Shown one piece after another: positions 1-9,866 of a stretch of DNA of 64,000 nt (the stretch's first letter is position 1; every line of letters starts with the position of its first letter). Made by a program: the position numbers and the translations under genes. The notes under the pieces were generated by a model, which was not told the DNA's origin, did not search any database, and saw nothing but the letters and a program-made list of their open reading frames with translations. This stretch comes from an uncultured cyanobacterium (GTDB taxonomy: Bacteria > Cyanobacteriota > Cyanobacteriia > PCC-6307 > Cyanobiaceae). The stretch lies in contig CAVXWZ010000008.1 of assembly GCA_963765575.1 (NCBI GenBank), positions 312,418 through 376,417 on the forward strand, given 5' to 3'.

Positions 1-1
1 G

Positions 2-241
2 CCGATCGCCCATGGCGAAGGGCGGTATCACTGTGATGGCGAGGCCCTCCAGCGGCTGGAGGACAACGGCCAGGTGGTGCTGCGCTACACCGCCAATCCC
101 AACGGTTCAGTGGGAGATGTGGCGGGCCTGAGCAATGCTGCCGGCAACGTGCTCGGGTTGATGCCGCACCCCGAGCGGGCCTGTGATGCCGTTACCGGTG
201 GCCTCGATGGGGTGCGGTTGCTGCAGAGCCTGCTCCGTTGA
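2..241 (+). CDS. purQ: Phosphoribosylformylglycinamidine synthase subunit PurQ, 3' part (5'-truncated by window edge)
   Basis: Manual translation of frame 2 gives PIAHGEGRY...[29 protein letters not shown], with the diagnostic PurQ motifs. Stop TGA at 239-241. Not in the ORF track. Confidence 0.93.
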   Translation, partial: PIAHGEGRYHCDGEALQRLEDNGQVVLRYTANPNGSVGDVAGLSNAAGNVLGLMPHPERACDAVTGGLDGVRLLQSLLR

Positions 242-279
242 TGTCCAAGGGGGGCCTCAGGCCCCCACCGACGTGCCGG

Positions 280-870
280 TCAGTTCACGGCCGCGAAGAA
301 GTCCTTGGACTTCACGGGGTCGGGATTCATCGTCTTGTCGCCGGGCTGCCAGTTGGCGGGGCACACCTCATCGGGGTGGCTCTGCACGTACTGGAAGGCC
401 TGCAGCACCCGCAGGGTTTCATCGACGCTGCGGCCCACGGGCAGGTTGTTGATCGTGCTGTGCATGATCACGCCCTCGGGATCGATGATGAACAGGCCAC
501 GCAGGGCAACGCCGGCCTCCTCATCAAGAACTTCGTAGGCGCGGGCGATCTCCTTCTTGAGATCGGCCACGAGGGGGTAGCTGATGTCACCCAGGCCGCC
601 GTTCTTGCGGTCGGTCTGCACCCAGGCCAGGTGGCTGAACTCACTGTCCACCGAGACACCCAGCACTTCGGTGTTCTTGCTGGTGAAGTCGCCGTAGCGG
701 TCGGAGAAGGCCGTGATCTCCGTGGGGCACACGAAGGTGAAGTCGAGGGGATAGAAGAACAGCACCACGTACTTGCCGCGGTACTGGCTGAGGGACACGG
801 TCTGGAACTCCTGGTCCACCACAGCCGTGGCGGTGAAGTCGGGGGCCTGAAGACCGACGAGTCGGGTCAT
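280..870 (-). CDS. 2-Cys peroxiredoxin (AhpC/Prx1 family)
   Basis: [15 protein letters not shown] peroxidatic motif and EVCPANW resolving-Cys motif. Start taken at ATG 870 ([12 protein letters not shown]). Confidence 0.95.
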   Translation of the reverse strand: MTRLVGLQAPDFTATAVVDQEFQTVSLSQYRGKYVVLFFYPLDFTFVCPTEITAFSDRYGDFTSKNTEVLGVSVDSEFSHLAWVQTDRKNGGLGDISYPLVADLKKEIARAYEVLDEEAGVALRGLFIIDPEGVIMHSTINNLPVGRSVDETLRVLQAFQYVQSHPDEVCPANWQPGDKTMNPDPVKSKDFFAAVN

Positions 871-1011
871 GCTCGGTGGGATGGGTGAAGGGGGCTGACG
901 GGTCTGGAGAGTCGGCGGGGCGTGGTGCGATCCGGAGTGGGGCCGTCGCCAGCCCTGGAGCAAGCCCCAGGCGAAGCGGCGACGGGCCTGAGAGTCGAGG
1001 CTCGATCGCAG

Positions 1012-1059
1012 GGTGGCCGAATTGCGAGGTGGCCAGCTTGCGAGATGGCCAGATTGCGG
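1012..1059. repeat. Three degenerate 16-bp direct repeats (GGTGGCCnnnTTGCGA-like)
   Basis: ggtggccgaattgcga / ggtggccagcttgcga / gatggccagattgcgg, read directly. Confidence 0.7.
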
Positions 1060-1152
1060 GGAGGGCAGATCATTGGCTGGCCCGTAGACCAGAGCCGGCC
1101 CGAGGGCAGATCGGCTCCAGCAAGCGGGCCACCCCGATCCTTCCACCAACGT

Positions 1153-1197
1153 CAGATCGAGATCACTCAGATCGACATCACTCAGATCGACATCACA
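1153..1197. repeat. Three tandem 15-bp repeats CAGATCGACATCACT
   Basis: cagatcgagatcact / cagatcgacatcact / cagatcgacatcaca, read directly. Confidence 0.9.
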
Positions 1198-1228
1198 AAG
1201 GCGAACTCGTACCGACTTCCAGTTGTCT

Positions 1229-1246
1229 TTAACAATTTATCACAAC
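1229..1246 (+). promoter_or_regulatory. Possible HLR1 (RpaB)-like direct repeat
   Basis: TTAACAAT-TT-ATCACAAC resembles (G/T)TTACA(T/A)(T/A)-N2 repeats. It is an AT-rich patch about 47 bp upstream of the 1293 ORF, framed by a CAGTTGT...ACAACTG inverted repeat. Confidence 0.35.
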
Positions 1247-1292
1247 TGCCCTGGGGCAGGGCCATAGGCTGGGCCCACAGCAGCACTGCTCC

Positions 1293-1517
1293 ATGGCCTG
1301 GGATCCCGCCGTCTTGCGCAAACACAACAGCACCAGCCACTTCCGTCTGCTCACGCAGCTGCGCAACGAACTGCGCGATGCCCCCCTGGTGCGGCCGAAG
1401 GAGGGTGAGCGCATCGGCGAAGTGAACCGCAGCAAATCGATGGTGCGCGCTGTCGAGAACAAGATCGCCAGCATGGCCCGCAACCGGCGCTCCGGCGGCT
1501 CCGACCAGCGCCGCTGA
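1293..1517 (+). CDS. Small cyanobacterial hypothetical protein (74 aa)
   Basis: MAWDPAVLRKHNSTSHFRLLTQLRNEL N-terminus resembles a small conserved cyanobacterial family. GC3-rich codon usage. Confidence 0.7.
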   Translation: MAWDPAVLRKHNSTSHFRLLTQLRNELRDAPLVRPKEGERIGEVNRSKSMVRAVENKIASMARNRRSGGSDQRR

Positions 1518-1611
1518 GCGCCCAGCTACACCCCTCCCCGGGGCCCCAGCCGGCCCGGCGGCCCCACCCGGGGATCCTGTCCGCCCGGCGTCCTCAGCCC
1601 GCCCTCTTGCC

Positions 1612-2463
1612 ATGGCCCTGGTTCAGCGCGACCTTCCTTACCCCCACTGGGAGTTCAGGGATCCAGACAGTGGCGACCTGCTGCGGCTGGTGCCCGAACG
1701 CGGCGGCCTGATCAGCGGTTGGCTCAGTGGCGGCCGCGAACGCCTCTACCTGGATGAGGATCGTTTCCGGGATCCGTCCCTATCGGTGCGGGGTGGCATT
1801 CCCGTGCTGTTTCCCATCTGCGGCGGCCTGCCCGGTGGGGTGCTGCCCCTGCCCCAGGGGCGCTTTGCCCTGCCCCAGCATGGCTTTGCCCGCGACATGC
1901 CCTGGCGGATGCGCCCCCTCGACGACGGTCGCGGCGTCGCCCTGGAGCTGGAACACTGCGGCGCCACGCTGGCGCTCTACCCCTACCGCTTCCGCCTGCA
2001 GCTGGAACTGCGGCTCGCGCCGCGCAGTCTGGAGATCACCGCAGTGGTGCACAACCAGGACGAGCTCACCATGCCCTTCTGCTTTGGGCTGCATCCCTAT
2101 TTCAGGGTCGCCGACCTGGCCACGGCGCGGGTCGAGGGGCTGCCAGCCCGCGGCCTCGATCAGCTCACCGGCCAGCCCTGCGACAACAACCAGCAGCTCG
2201 ACCTGCTGGCTGAGGGCATCGACCTGCTGGCCGGGGCCGCCCCGAGCGTGCGGCTGCTGGATCCCCGCGCCAGCACCGCGGTGGAGCTGGAGACCAGCGC
2301 TCCCCTGGATCTGGTGGTGATCTGGAGTGATCCCCCCAGGCCGATGGTGTGCCTGGAACCGTGGACAGCCCCCCGCGGCGCCCTGGTCAGTGGCGACCGC
2401 CGACTGGAGCTGGCACCGGGCGGCAACACTCGGCTGCACTGCCACTACCGCGCGCTGGCCTGA
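1612..2463 (+). CDS. Aldose 1-epimerase / galactose mutarotase family protein
   Basis: RGGIPVLFP, QHGFARD, FGLHPYF and VCLEPW motifs. Confidence 0.88.
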   Translation: MALVQRDLPYPHWEFRDPDSGDLLRLVPERGGLISGWLSGGRERLYLDEDRFRDPSLSVRGGIPVLFPICGGLPGGVLPLPQGRFALPQHGFARDMPWRMRPLDDGRGVALELEHCGATLALYPYRFRLQLELRLAPRSLEITAVVHNQDELTMPFCFGLHPYFRVADLATARVEGLPARGLDQLTGQPCDNNQQLDLLAEGIDLLAGAAPSVRLLDPRASTAVELETSAPLDLVVIWSDPPRPMVCLEPWTAPRGALVSGDRRLELAPGGNTRLHCHYRALA

Positions 2464-2474
2464 GGCCGGGCGGC

Positions 2475-2511
2475 AGCGCCACAGCGACCGCCGAAGCGAG
2501 CGCCACAGCGA
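2475..2511. repeat. 13-bp direct repeat AGCGCCACAGCGA (period 24)
   Basis: Copies at 2475-2487 and 2499-2511. Confidence 0.7.
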
Positions 2512-2540
2512 TCGGCCCAGGCTTGCAACTGTGCCTTGCT

Positions 2541-2598
2541 ATTGAGAGTCGCTTGCAAAAGGGCCCCCGGACGGCCTAGGTTGCGATCAGTTCTCAAC
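2541..2598. promoter_or_regulatory. Two Fur-box-like sites upstream of the Crp-family gene
   Basis: ATTGAGAGTCGCTTGCAAA (2541-2559) and the 9-1-9 imperfect palindrome GTTGCGATC-A-GTTCTCAAC (2580-2598), in a ferritin-linked locus. Confidence 0.55.
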
Positions 2599-2617
2599 AA
2601 GCAGCGCTGCACTCGTG

Positions 2618-3211
2618 ATGGGCTTCCGTTTTCTGCCAGACGATGCCGTGGCTGCCGTGCGCGTCCCCGCTGGTCAGTCCGTGCTGATCGACGCCAGCCC
2701 GCACTCCGCCAGCAACTCGATCGAGGTGCTCGAAGGGATGGCCCGGGTGTACTGCCCCTGCGAGGAAACCGAAGGCATGACCATCGCCTTCCTGCAGCCC
2801 GGCGATCAGCTGCGCACTGATCGTCTCTGCAGCGAGGGCGTCTGCGTGGAGGCCCTCACGCCCCTGTGCTTCCGCAACCACGGCGAGGTGTCCGACCGGC
2901 AGGGCTTCGATGCCGTCAACGAATGGACATTGCAGTTGCTGCGCATTCGCCACCTGGGCTCCGCCGAACAGCGGCTGCATGCCCTGCTGGCCCTGCTGGT
3001 CAACCGCCTGGGTCGGCGCTGCGGCGCCTGGTGCGACCTGCCCTTCCGCCTCACCCATGAGCGCATCGGCGAGCTGATCGGCACCACCCGCGTCACCACC
3101 ACCCGTCTGATCTCCCGCTTCCGCCATGCCCAGTTGATCGAGGTGCCCAGCGGGACCTCCGGATTGCGGCTGGCACCGGCCCTGATCGAATCCGCCCCCC
3201 TGGCGGCCTGA
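2618..3211 (+). CDS. Crp/Fnr family transcriptional regulator (Cys-rich)
   Basis: C-terminal Crp HTH (LTHERIGELIGTTRVTTTRLI) and an N-terminal cNMP-like domain containing YCPCEE. Confidence 0.88.
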   Translation: MGFRFLPDDAVAAVRVPAGQSVLIDASPHSASNSIEVLEGMARVYCPCEETEGMTIAFLQPGDQLRTDRLCSEGVCVEALTPLCFRNHGEVSDRQGFDAVNEWTLQLLRIRHLGSAEQRLHALLALLVNRLGRRCGAWCDLPFRLTHERIGELIGTTRVTTTRLISRFRHAQLIEVPSGTSGLRLAPALIESAPLAA

Positions 3212-3504
3212 TGCGCCGATCCACACCGGCCAGCGTCTCCGCCTGCTGCCGCACGGCAGACAGCCTCATCGGCAGCCTCTGCCGCGAAGCGGAGGCCAGC
3301 CGCCAACGCTGCCATCAGCTCCAGCACTGCCTGCAGGGCTGCCTGGATTCACGGCTGTTCTCGCGCCTGCAGGGCGAGCGTGATCAGCTGCATCAGCGCC
3401 GCCAAGAGCTGCTGGCCACGGCCCGGAGCTGGCGGACCAGAGGCGCCGGTGACCCTCTGGCCCTGGCCTTTCTGATCGAGCTCTGCAGCCGCCCACCGGC
3501 CTGA
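3211..3504 (+). CDS. Hypothetical helical protein coupled to the Crp regulator
   Basis: TGATG overlap with the Crp stop. Coiled-coil-like, with C-terminal LALAFLIEL. Confidence 0.65.
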   Translation: MRRSTPASVSACCRTADSLIGSLCREAEASRQRCHQLQHCLQGCLDSRLFSRLQGERDQLHQRRQELLATARSWRTRGAGDPLALAFLIELCSRPPA

Positions 3505-3533
3505 TGGCGCGCTGAGCGGAGGCGCTGGGGGGC

Positions 3534-4130
3534 TCAGGCCAGGAGAGCGGGGCTGTGCTCGCCAGCACTCAGCTCACCGTCGATCACCAGCAGGGCGGCC
3601 GGTTGATGCTGGGCAAAACGCACCCGACCCAGCAGGTGGGCCGCCTGGTTTTCGGCCTGCAGCTGCTGATCCACCACCGGATCGAGGAACACCGTGGTGC
3701 GCACGTCACCGCAGCGCTCGGCCAGGCCATAGAGCTGCTGCAACGAACTGGTGACATCGGTCTCCAGCTGGAACACGGCCGCGAAGATCTCTTCGGCGCC
3801 GCTCCAGCTCTGGCGAGGGGCGGCGAGCCCTTCGAGCACCACGCTCTGACCGCGGGCGATCAGGTAGTCGGCCACATGGGCGGCATGGCTCTGCTCGTCC
3901 AGCGACTCCTGCTTCAGGTAGCCGGAAAAGCCCCGCAGCTCCCGCTCGGCGAACCAGATCGCCAGGGCGAAGTAGGCGGCGCTGGCCTGGCGCTCCAGGG
4001 TGAGGTGCTGCTGAAGTGCCTCGACCAGAGAGGCCTCCATGGGTTGGGCCATGGCCCGACCGGCCGGTCCCAGGGCCGGGGCGCCCGTGACGTTGGCCGG
4101 GCTGCTGCCGGTGCTGGTGAGGGACGTCAA
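3534..4130 (-). CDS. ftn: Ferritin (non-heme)
   Basis: LERQASAAY, E-x-x-H (DEQSHA) and LETDVT ferroxidase-type helices. Start uncertain: TTG 4130 or ATG 4052. Confidence 0.88.
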   Translation of the reverse strand: MTSLTSTGSSPANVTGAPALGPAGRAMAQPMEASLVEALQQHLTLERQASAAYFALAIWFAERELRGFSGYLKQESLDEQSHAAHVADYLIARGQSVVLEGLAAPRQSWSGAEEIFAAVFQLETDVTSSLQQLYGLAERCGDVRTTVFLDPVVDQQLQAENQAAHLLGRVRFAQHQPAALLVIDGELSAGEHSPALLA

Positions 4131-4321
4131 GGGGGGCGGTGCGAGGGGCAGACGCCTTGTCAGCGAAGGCGCGTAACAAAAGATACCCAGCCTGGGGCGC
4201 CATGGTGGGGGTTGCGGGGCCCAGTCGGGAGCGGCCCCTGACCCCTCAGCCAGTGACGACCCGCCCCACGCTCGTGAGCCAAATGCGAAGCCAGCCTGTA
4301 GCCCGCTGGCAGGCAGCTTGA

Positions 4322-4723
4322 ATGTCAAGCAAGCTGAATCGAGTCCAGCTGTATGCCATGCACAGCGACACGCCGGCCGGCCTGATGCCCGCACCCCCGG
4401 CGCCAGCACGCCTTGCGGGGCTGGGCCCGGCCCCTGCCGATCTCTCCTCCTCCAGCTGCAACACGGTTCTCGTGCTCACCCCCCGCAGCTTCCACGACGC
4501 CCGCAGGGTGATCGAGGCGGTTCGGGACAACCGCACCGTGCTGGTGAACTCGGCCTGGCTGGAGGACAGCCCCGGCCAGCGGCTGATCGATTTCGCCTGC
4601 GGCGGTATCACCGCGATCTGCGGTCAGGTGCACCGCATCGCCGAGGAGGTGTTCCTGTTCGCCCCCGCTGCGGTGAGGGTCGCAGGCGATGGCAGCAGCG
4701 GCACCCCTGGCCACGGCGCCTGA
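4322..4723 (+). CDS. SepF-family protein (probable paralog)
   Basis: PRSFHDARRVIEAVRDNRTVLVN...QRLIDFACGG...RIAEEVFLFAP is the SepF core. Start uncertain. Confidence 0.75.
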   Translation: MSSKLNRVQLYAMHSDTPAGLMPAPPAPARLAGLGPAPADLSSSSCNTVLVLTPRSFHDARRVIEAVRDNRTVLVNSAWLEDSPGQRLIDFACGGITAICGQVHRIAEEVFLFAPAAVRVAGDGSSGTPGHGA

Positions 4724-4740
4724 CGCTATGGCCATAGGGG

Positions 4741-4755
4741 CTTATCCGGAATGAG
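4741..4755. promoter_or_regulatory. Possible PerR/Fur-family 7-1-7 operator upstream of type II peroxiredoxin
   Basis: CTTATCC-G-GAATGAG imperfect palindrome (5/7 match) in an AT-richer patch 65 bp before the ATG. Confidence 0.25.
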
Positions 4756-5331
4756 TATGGGTTAGCATCTGGGCCACGCCGGCTTGCCGGCTCCAGTCCC
4801 ATCGCCCCCCTCCTGAACCATGGCCGCTCTCGATCGCGTTCCCAGCGTCACCTTCAAGACCCGCGTGCGGGATGAGTCCGTGCCTGGGCCCAACCCCTAC
4901 CGCTGGCAGGACCTCACCAGCGATGAGATCTTCAAGGGCAAGAAGGTGGTGCTGTTCGCCCTGCCCGGAGCCTTCACCCCCACCTGCTCCTCCAGCCACC
5001 TGCCCCGCTACGAAGAGCTCCATGAGGAGTTTCGGGCCCACGGGGTCGATCGGATCATCTGCCTCTCGGTGAACGACGCCTTCGTGATGTTCCAGTGGGG
5101 CAAGCAGGTGGGGGCCAAGAACGTCGTCCTGCTGCCCGATGGCAACGGTGAATTCACCCGCAAGATGGGCATGCTGGTCGACAAGTCAAACCTTGGCTTC
5201 GGTCTGCGCTCCTGGCGCTATTCGATGCTCGTCAACGACGGCCAGATCGAGAAGGTCTTTCTGGAGCCTGAATTCGGGGACAACTGCCCGATTGATCCCT
5301 TCGAGACCTCCGACGCCGACACCATGCTGGC

Positions 5332-6099
<768 letters not shown>

Positions 6100-6146
6100 C
6101 GGGGAGGCTCTCGGTGACGGGGTTCTAACGCAGGCCCCGCCTGCCA

Positions 6147-6671
6147 TCAGCGCTGGGCGATCAACTCGCCAAGGGCGGCCGTGGGGGCGGGGCCGAGCAC
6201 CAGGGTCGTCCGCTCGCCGTTGCTGAGGGGGATGCGAAGCACCACCGGCCCCTCCGCCCGGGGCGGGCTGGTGAGCGGATCGAGGCCGAACTGGGCGCTC
6301 TCAGGCGGCAGCTCCTGGGTGTCGGGGGGCACCAGTTCGTTGCTGCGGTTGGGCAGACGCCAGGTGCCGGCGAAGGCATCGGCCAGCTCCAGCGGCAAGC
6401 GGTGACTCGGTGAGCCTCCCTGGCCCGCTGGGGCGCTGAGGGCGGTGAGCCGCAGCCGGGCACCGGCGGGGTAGGCCGGATCGGGCTGGGCAAAGAGGCT
6501 CAGCACCCAGCGCTGCTCCTGTCGATCACTCAGGGTCCAGCGTCCTGGAGGGTCGGCGGCCCAGAGGACTGCGGGTTGAAGCAGCAGGGCCATCAGCACC
6601 AGGGCGCCAGTCACCAGGGCGGCGCTGCGGCGCCGCCAGCGCCTCGCCACCCGTGCATACAACGACGTCAT
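6147..6671 (-). CDS. Exported hypothetical protein, DUF3122-like
   Basis: Signal-like N-terminus and an [14 protein letters not shown]...RLRL...HRLPLEL pattern recalled for DUF3122. Confidence 0.55.
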   Translation of the reverse strand: MTSLYARVARRWRRRSAALVTGALVLMALLLQPAVLWAADPPGRWTLSDRQEQRWVLSLFAQPDPAYPAGARLRLTALSAPAGQGGSPSHRLPLELADAFAGTWRLPNRSNELVPPDTQELPPESAQFGLDPLTSPPRAEGPVVLRIPLSNGERTTLVLGPAPTAALGELIAQR

Positions 6672-6719
6672 TGGCTGCTCTCTATGCGGCTATAGTCATA
6701 CCAGAGCCACCGCATCGCC

Positions 6720-7841
6720 ATGGCCTCCGCTCCGCACGCTCCCATCTCCCTGGTCGCCGCCGCCGGCGCTGGCCCGCTGCTGATCCGGCAGCTGTTCGAT
6801 GCCGAAACCGGCACGTTCACCTATCTGCTTGCCGATGCACGCAGCCGCCAAGGGCTGATCATCGACACGGTGTTCGAGCAGCACCGGCGCGATCTCTCCC
6901 TGGTTCGGGAGCTGGACGTCGAACTGCTGGCCTGCCTCGACACCCACGTGCATGCCGACCACGTCACCGGCAGTTGGCTGATGCATACCGCCACCGGTTG
7001 TGGGATCGGCTTGGCCGCCGCCGGCGGGGCCGACAACGTCACCATGCCGCTGCGCCATGGTGATCGCGTGGGCTTTGGTGAGCGCCATCTGGAGGTGCGC
7101 AGCACCCCGGGCCACACCGATGGCTGCCTCACCTATGTGCTCGACGACCAGTCGCTGGCCTTCACCGGCGACGCCCTGCTGGTGCGGGGTTGCGGGCGCT
7201 GCGATTTCCAGCAGGGCAATGCCCACACCCTGTGGAACTCCATCAGCGAGCAGATCTTCAGCCTGCCCGATGCCTGCCAGCTTTACCCCGGCCACGACTA
7301 CACCGGCCGCAGCGTCACCTCGGTGGTGGAGGAGAAGGCCTTCAACATCCGTCTGGGGGCCGGCGCCACGGCGCGCGATTTCGTGGGCCACATGGACAAC
7401 ATGGACCTGCCGCACCCGCACCGCATCGCCGAGGCGCTGCCGGGCAACCTGCGTTCCGGCAAACCCCGCGAAGCGCCGGCAGCCCCGGACTGGGCGCCCC
7501 TATTCCGCAGCTATGCCGGCCTGCCCGAGCTGACCCCGGCCTGGGTGGCGGCCCATCGCCCGGACGTGACCATCCTCGACGTGCGCTCCGATGAGGAGCT
7601 GGACGGGCCCGACGGCTACGTGGCCGGCACTGTGGCCATCCCGCTGCCGGATCTGGCCCGGCGCCAGGGGGAGATTCCCGTGGGCCGGCCGGTGGTGGTG
7701 GTGTGCCATTCGGGCAGCCGCTCCGCCCTCGCCACCCAGCAACTGCTCAAGGCGGGGCACAGCGAGGTGGCCAACCTGCGCGGAGGCCTGCGCCGCTGGG
7801 CCGACGAGGGCTACCCCCTGGAGGTTCCCCAGCTGAGCTGA
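6720..7841 (+). CDS. Persulfide dioxygenase (ETHE1-like MBL fold) fused to a C-terminal rhodanese
   Basis: THVHADH, TPGHT, FTGDALLVRGCGRCDFQ and YPGHDY, followed by a rhodanese domain with LDVR and CHSGSRS. Confidence 0.92.
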   Translation: MASAPHAPISLVAAAGAGPLLIRQLFDAETGTFTYLLADARSRQGLIIDTVFEQHRRDLSLVRELDVELLACLDTHVHADHVTGSWLMHTATGCGIGLAAAGGADNVTMPLRHGDRVGFGERHLEVRSTPGHTDGCLTYVLDDQSLAFTGDALLVRGCGRCDFQQGNAHTLWNSISEQIFSLPDACQLYPGHDYTGRSVTSVVEEKAFNIRLGAGATARDFVGHMDNMDLPHPHRIAEALPGNLRSGKPREAPAAPDWAPLFRSYAGLPELTPAWVAAHRPDVTILDVRSDEELDGPDGYVAGTVAIPLPDLARRQGEIPVGRPVVVVCHSGSRSALATQQLLKAGHSEVANLRGGLRRWADEGYPLEVPQLS

Positions 7842-7924
7842 CAGACCTTCACCCGTCGTCCGCACTGGCTTTTCAACGGCCCACGGCATTCAGCTTCGTC
7901 CTCGTCTCACCAGTCCCAACCCCC

Positions 7925-8464
7925 ATGACCACGACCCGCCCCATCAACCGCTCCAGCAGCGTGTCCGCCCATTCCCTCGCTGAACAGCTCGCCAACCGTG
8001 ATGTGTCGGTGATCGACGTGCGCGAACCGGTGGAGTACGCCTCCGGCCACATCGAAGGCAGCCTCAACATCCCGTTGGCACGTCTCTCCCAGGCCGACCT
8101 GCCCAGCGGTCCGCTGGTGCTGGTGTGCCAGAGCGGCAACCGCAGTGGCCGCGCCTTGAAGGTGCTTCAGACGCAAGGACATCCCCACCCCGTGGCCGAT
8201 CTGGAGGGTGGCGTACCGTCGTGGGAGCAGGCTGGCCTGACGCTGCGTCGTCTCAAGAGGGCACCGCTGCCGCTGATGCGCCAGGTGCAGATCGCTGCTG
8301 GTTCACTGGTGCTGCTGGGTCTGATCCTGAGCGCCACCGTGGCTCCGGCCTGGATCCTGCTCAGCTGGTTCGTGGGCGCCGGGCTGGTGTTCGCGGGGAT
8401 CAGCGGCTTCTGCGGCATGGCCCGGCTGCTGGCGGCGATGCCCTGGAACCGGATGGCCCTGTGA
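7925..8464 (+). CDS. YgaP-like rhodanese with DUF2892 membrane domain
   Basis: IDVREPVEYASGHI, active loop CQSGNRS, then LMRQVQIAAGSL...GFCGMARLL...PWN. Confidence 0.9.
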   Translation: MTTTRPINRSSSVSAHSLAEQLANRDVSVIDVREPVEYASGHIEGSLNIPLARLSQADLPSGPLVLVCQSGNRSGRALKVLQTQGHPHPVADLEGGVPSWEQAGLTLRRLKRAPLPLMRQVQIAAGSLVLLGLILSATVAPAWILLSWFVGAGLVFAGISGFCGMARLLAAMPWNRMAL

Positions 8465-9321
8465 TCGACGCCAGCTCGGGCCTGCTGCTGGCGGGCGGAG
8501 GCCTGATCGGCTTTCTGCTGGCCGTGCTCGGTGCGGGCGGCTCGATCCTGCTGCTGCCGCTGCTGGTCAGCGGCGCCGGTCTGCCCACCCGTGAGGCCGT
8601 GCCCCTGTCGCTGATCGTGGTGGGCGCGCTGGCCCTGGCCAACACGCCCCCCTACCTGCGGCGGGGCTGGTTCGCCCCCCGCCCCGCCCTGGTGCTGGGC
8701 GTGCCGGCCCTGGCCGGAAGCTGGATCGGGGGACGTCTGGTGCAGGCGGGGCTGATTCCCGAAGTCCTGCAGCTGGCCCTGTTCACGGCGGCGGCCCTGC
8801 TGGCCGCCTGGCTGCTCAGCCGCCGCACCGCCCTGGTGGACGCCGCCAACACCACCGAGCCCCGGGGACGCGCCGGGCCGCTGGCCCTGCAGGGGGTGCT
8901 GGTGGGGCTGCTCACCGGCATTGCCGGGGTGGGTGGTGGCTTCGCCATCGTGCCGGCCCTGGTGCTGCTGGCGGGGCTGCCGATGACCCTGGCCAGTGGC
9001 ACCAGCCTGCTGTTGATCGCCACCAATGCCCTGGTGGCCCTGGTGGCGCAGGGGCACTGGCCTGCAGAGGTGCTGCCGCTGTTGATCCCGCTGCTGCTCG
9101 GTGGCGTTCTGGGCGGCATTGCCGGCCAGTGGCTCGCTCCCCATCTGCCCGAGCTGCGCCTGCGTCAGGGGTTCGCCGCCCTGTTGCTGGGCTCCGCCCT
9201 GCTCACGGGCTGGGAAGCCTGGCGGCGTCAGGCCCCAACCCCCATGGCAAGCCGCCCTGCCACGGCCCCGTTCCCCCGCCCCCTTCCGATCGCCTCCACC
9301 GTGAGCCCCCCCACGCCATGA
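8461..9321 (+). CDS. Sulfite exporter TauE/SafE family membrane protein
   Basis: Duplicated GAGGSIL / GVGGGFAIVP motifs and about 8 TM helices. GTG start overlaps the upstream TGA. Confidence 0.88.
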   Translation: MIDASSGLLLAGGGLIGFLLAVLGAGGSILLLPLLVSGAGLPTREAVPLSLIVVGALALANTPPYLRRGWFAPRPALVLGVPALAGSWIGGRLVQAGLIPEVLQLALFTAAALLAAWLLSRRTALVDAANTTEPRGRAGPLALQGVLVGLLTGIAGVGGGFAIVPALVLLAGLPMTLASGTSLLLIATNALVALVAQGHWPAEVLPLLIPLLLGGVLGGIAGQWLAPHLPELRLRQGFAALLLGSALLTGWEAWRRQAPTPMASRPATAPFPRPLPIASTVSPPTP

Positions 9322-9764
9322 CCACCAGCCGCCGCTTTCACTTTCGCCTGCAGAGCCTCCACCCAGCCCCCGAGGGCGCCAGCCCGCAACCCACTGTGCA
9401 GTGGCTGAACGGAGAGGGTCGCTGGGAGTCGCAGGAGCTCACCCTGACGATGCCGGGGTTCCGGATCTACCTGATCTCCCTGCTGCTGTGTCAGCACTTT
9501 TATCTCGTGGCCAATGCCCACGAACGCCAGGTTCCGTTGGCGCGGGTGGAGACAGAATTCACCGTGACCGCGGCTGAGGATTGGATCCTGCAGAGCGTGA
9601 TCGGCGAGTTTCGTCTGCAGCTTCAGGAAGCCGCAGACGGCAGGGCGGTGACGGCAGTTTCAGATGCCGACCTGACTTACATCCAGGAACGGATGAAGGC
9701 CTGTCCCGTATCCAGAAATCTTCCCGCTGGAGTGGAGAAGATCACCTCAGTGCTGATCGACTGA
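9318..9764 (+). CDS. OsmC/Ohr-like two-Cys protein
   Basis: SLLLCQH and ACPVSRNL two-Cys spacing typical of the OsmC fold. ATGA overlap with TauE. Confidence 0.55.
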   Translation: MTTSRRFHFRLQSLHPAPEGASPQPTVQWLNGEGRWESQELTLTMPGFRIYLISLLLCQHFYLVANAHERQVPLARVETEFTVTAAEDWILQSVIGEFRLQLQEAADGRAVTAVSDADLTYIQERMKACPVSRNLPAGVEKITSVLID

Positions 9765-9866
9765 GCGGCAGTTCGACCTGTCCTGATGGCCCTGGAACGG
9801 TGGCTGCGCGTGGAAGTCTGTGGGCAAATCCCATGATGCACAGACTCGGAAGACGGCGCACCGAAG

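Noticed and set aside
1153..1197. Possible CRISPR array
   Set aside because: The units are contiguous 15-mers with no spacers, and there are no cas genes in the window.
9765..9866. att site or integrative element at tRNA-Met
   Set aside because: I found no duplicate of the tRNA 3' end by eye and no integrase or transposase in the window.
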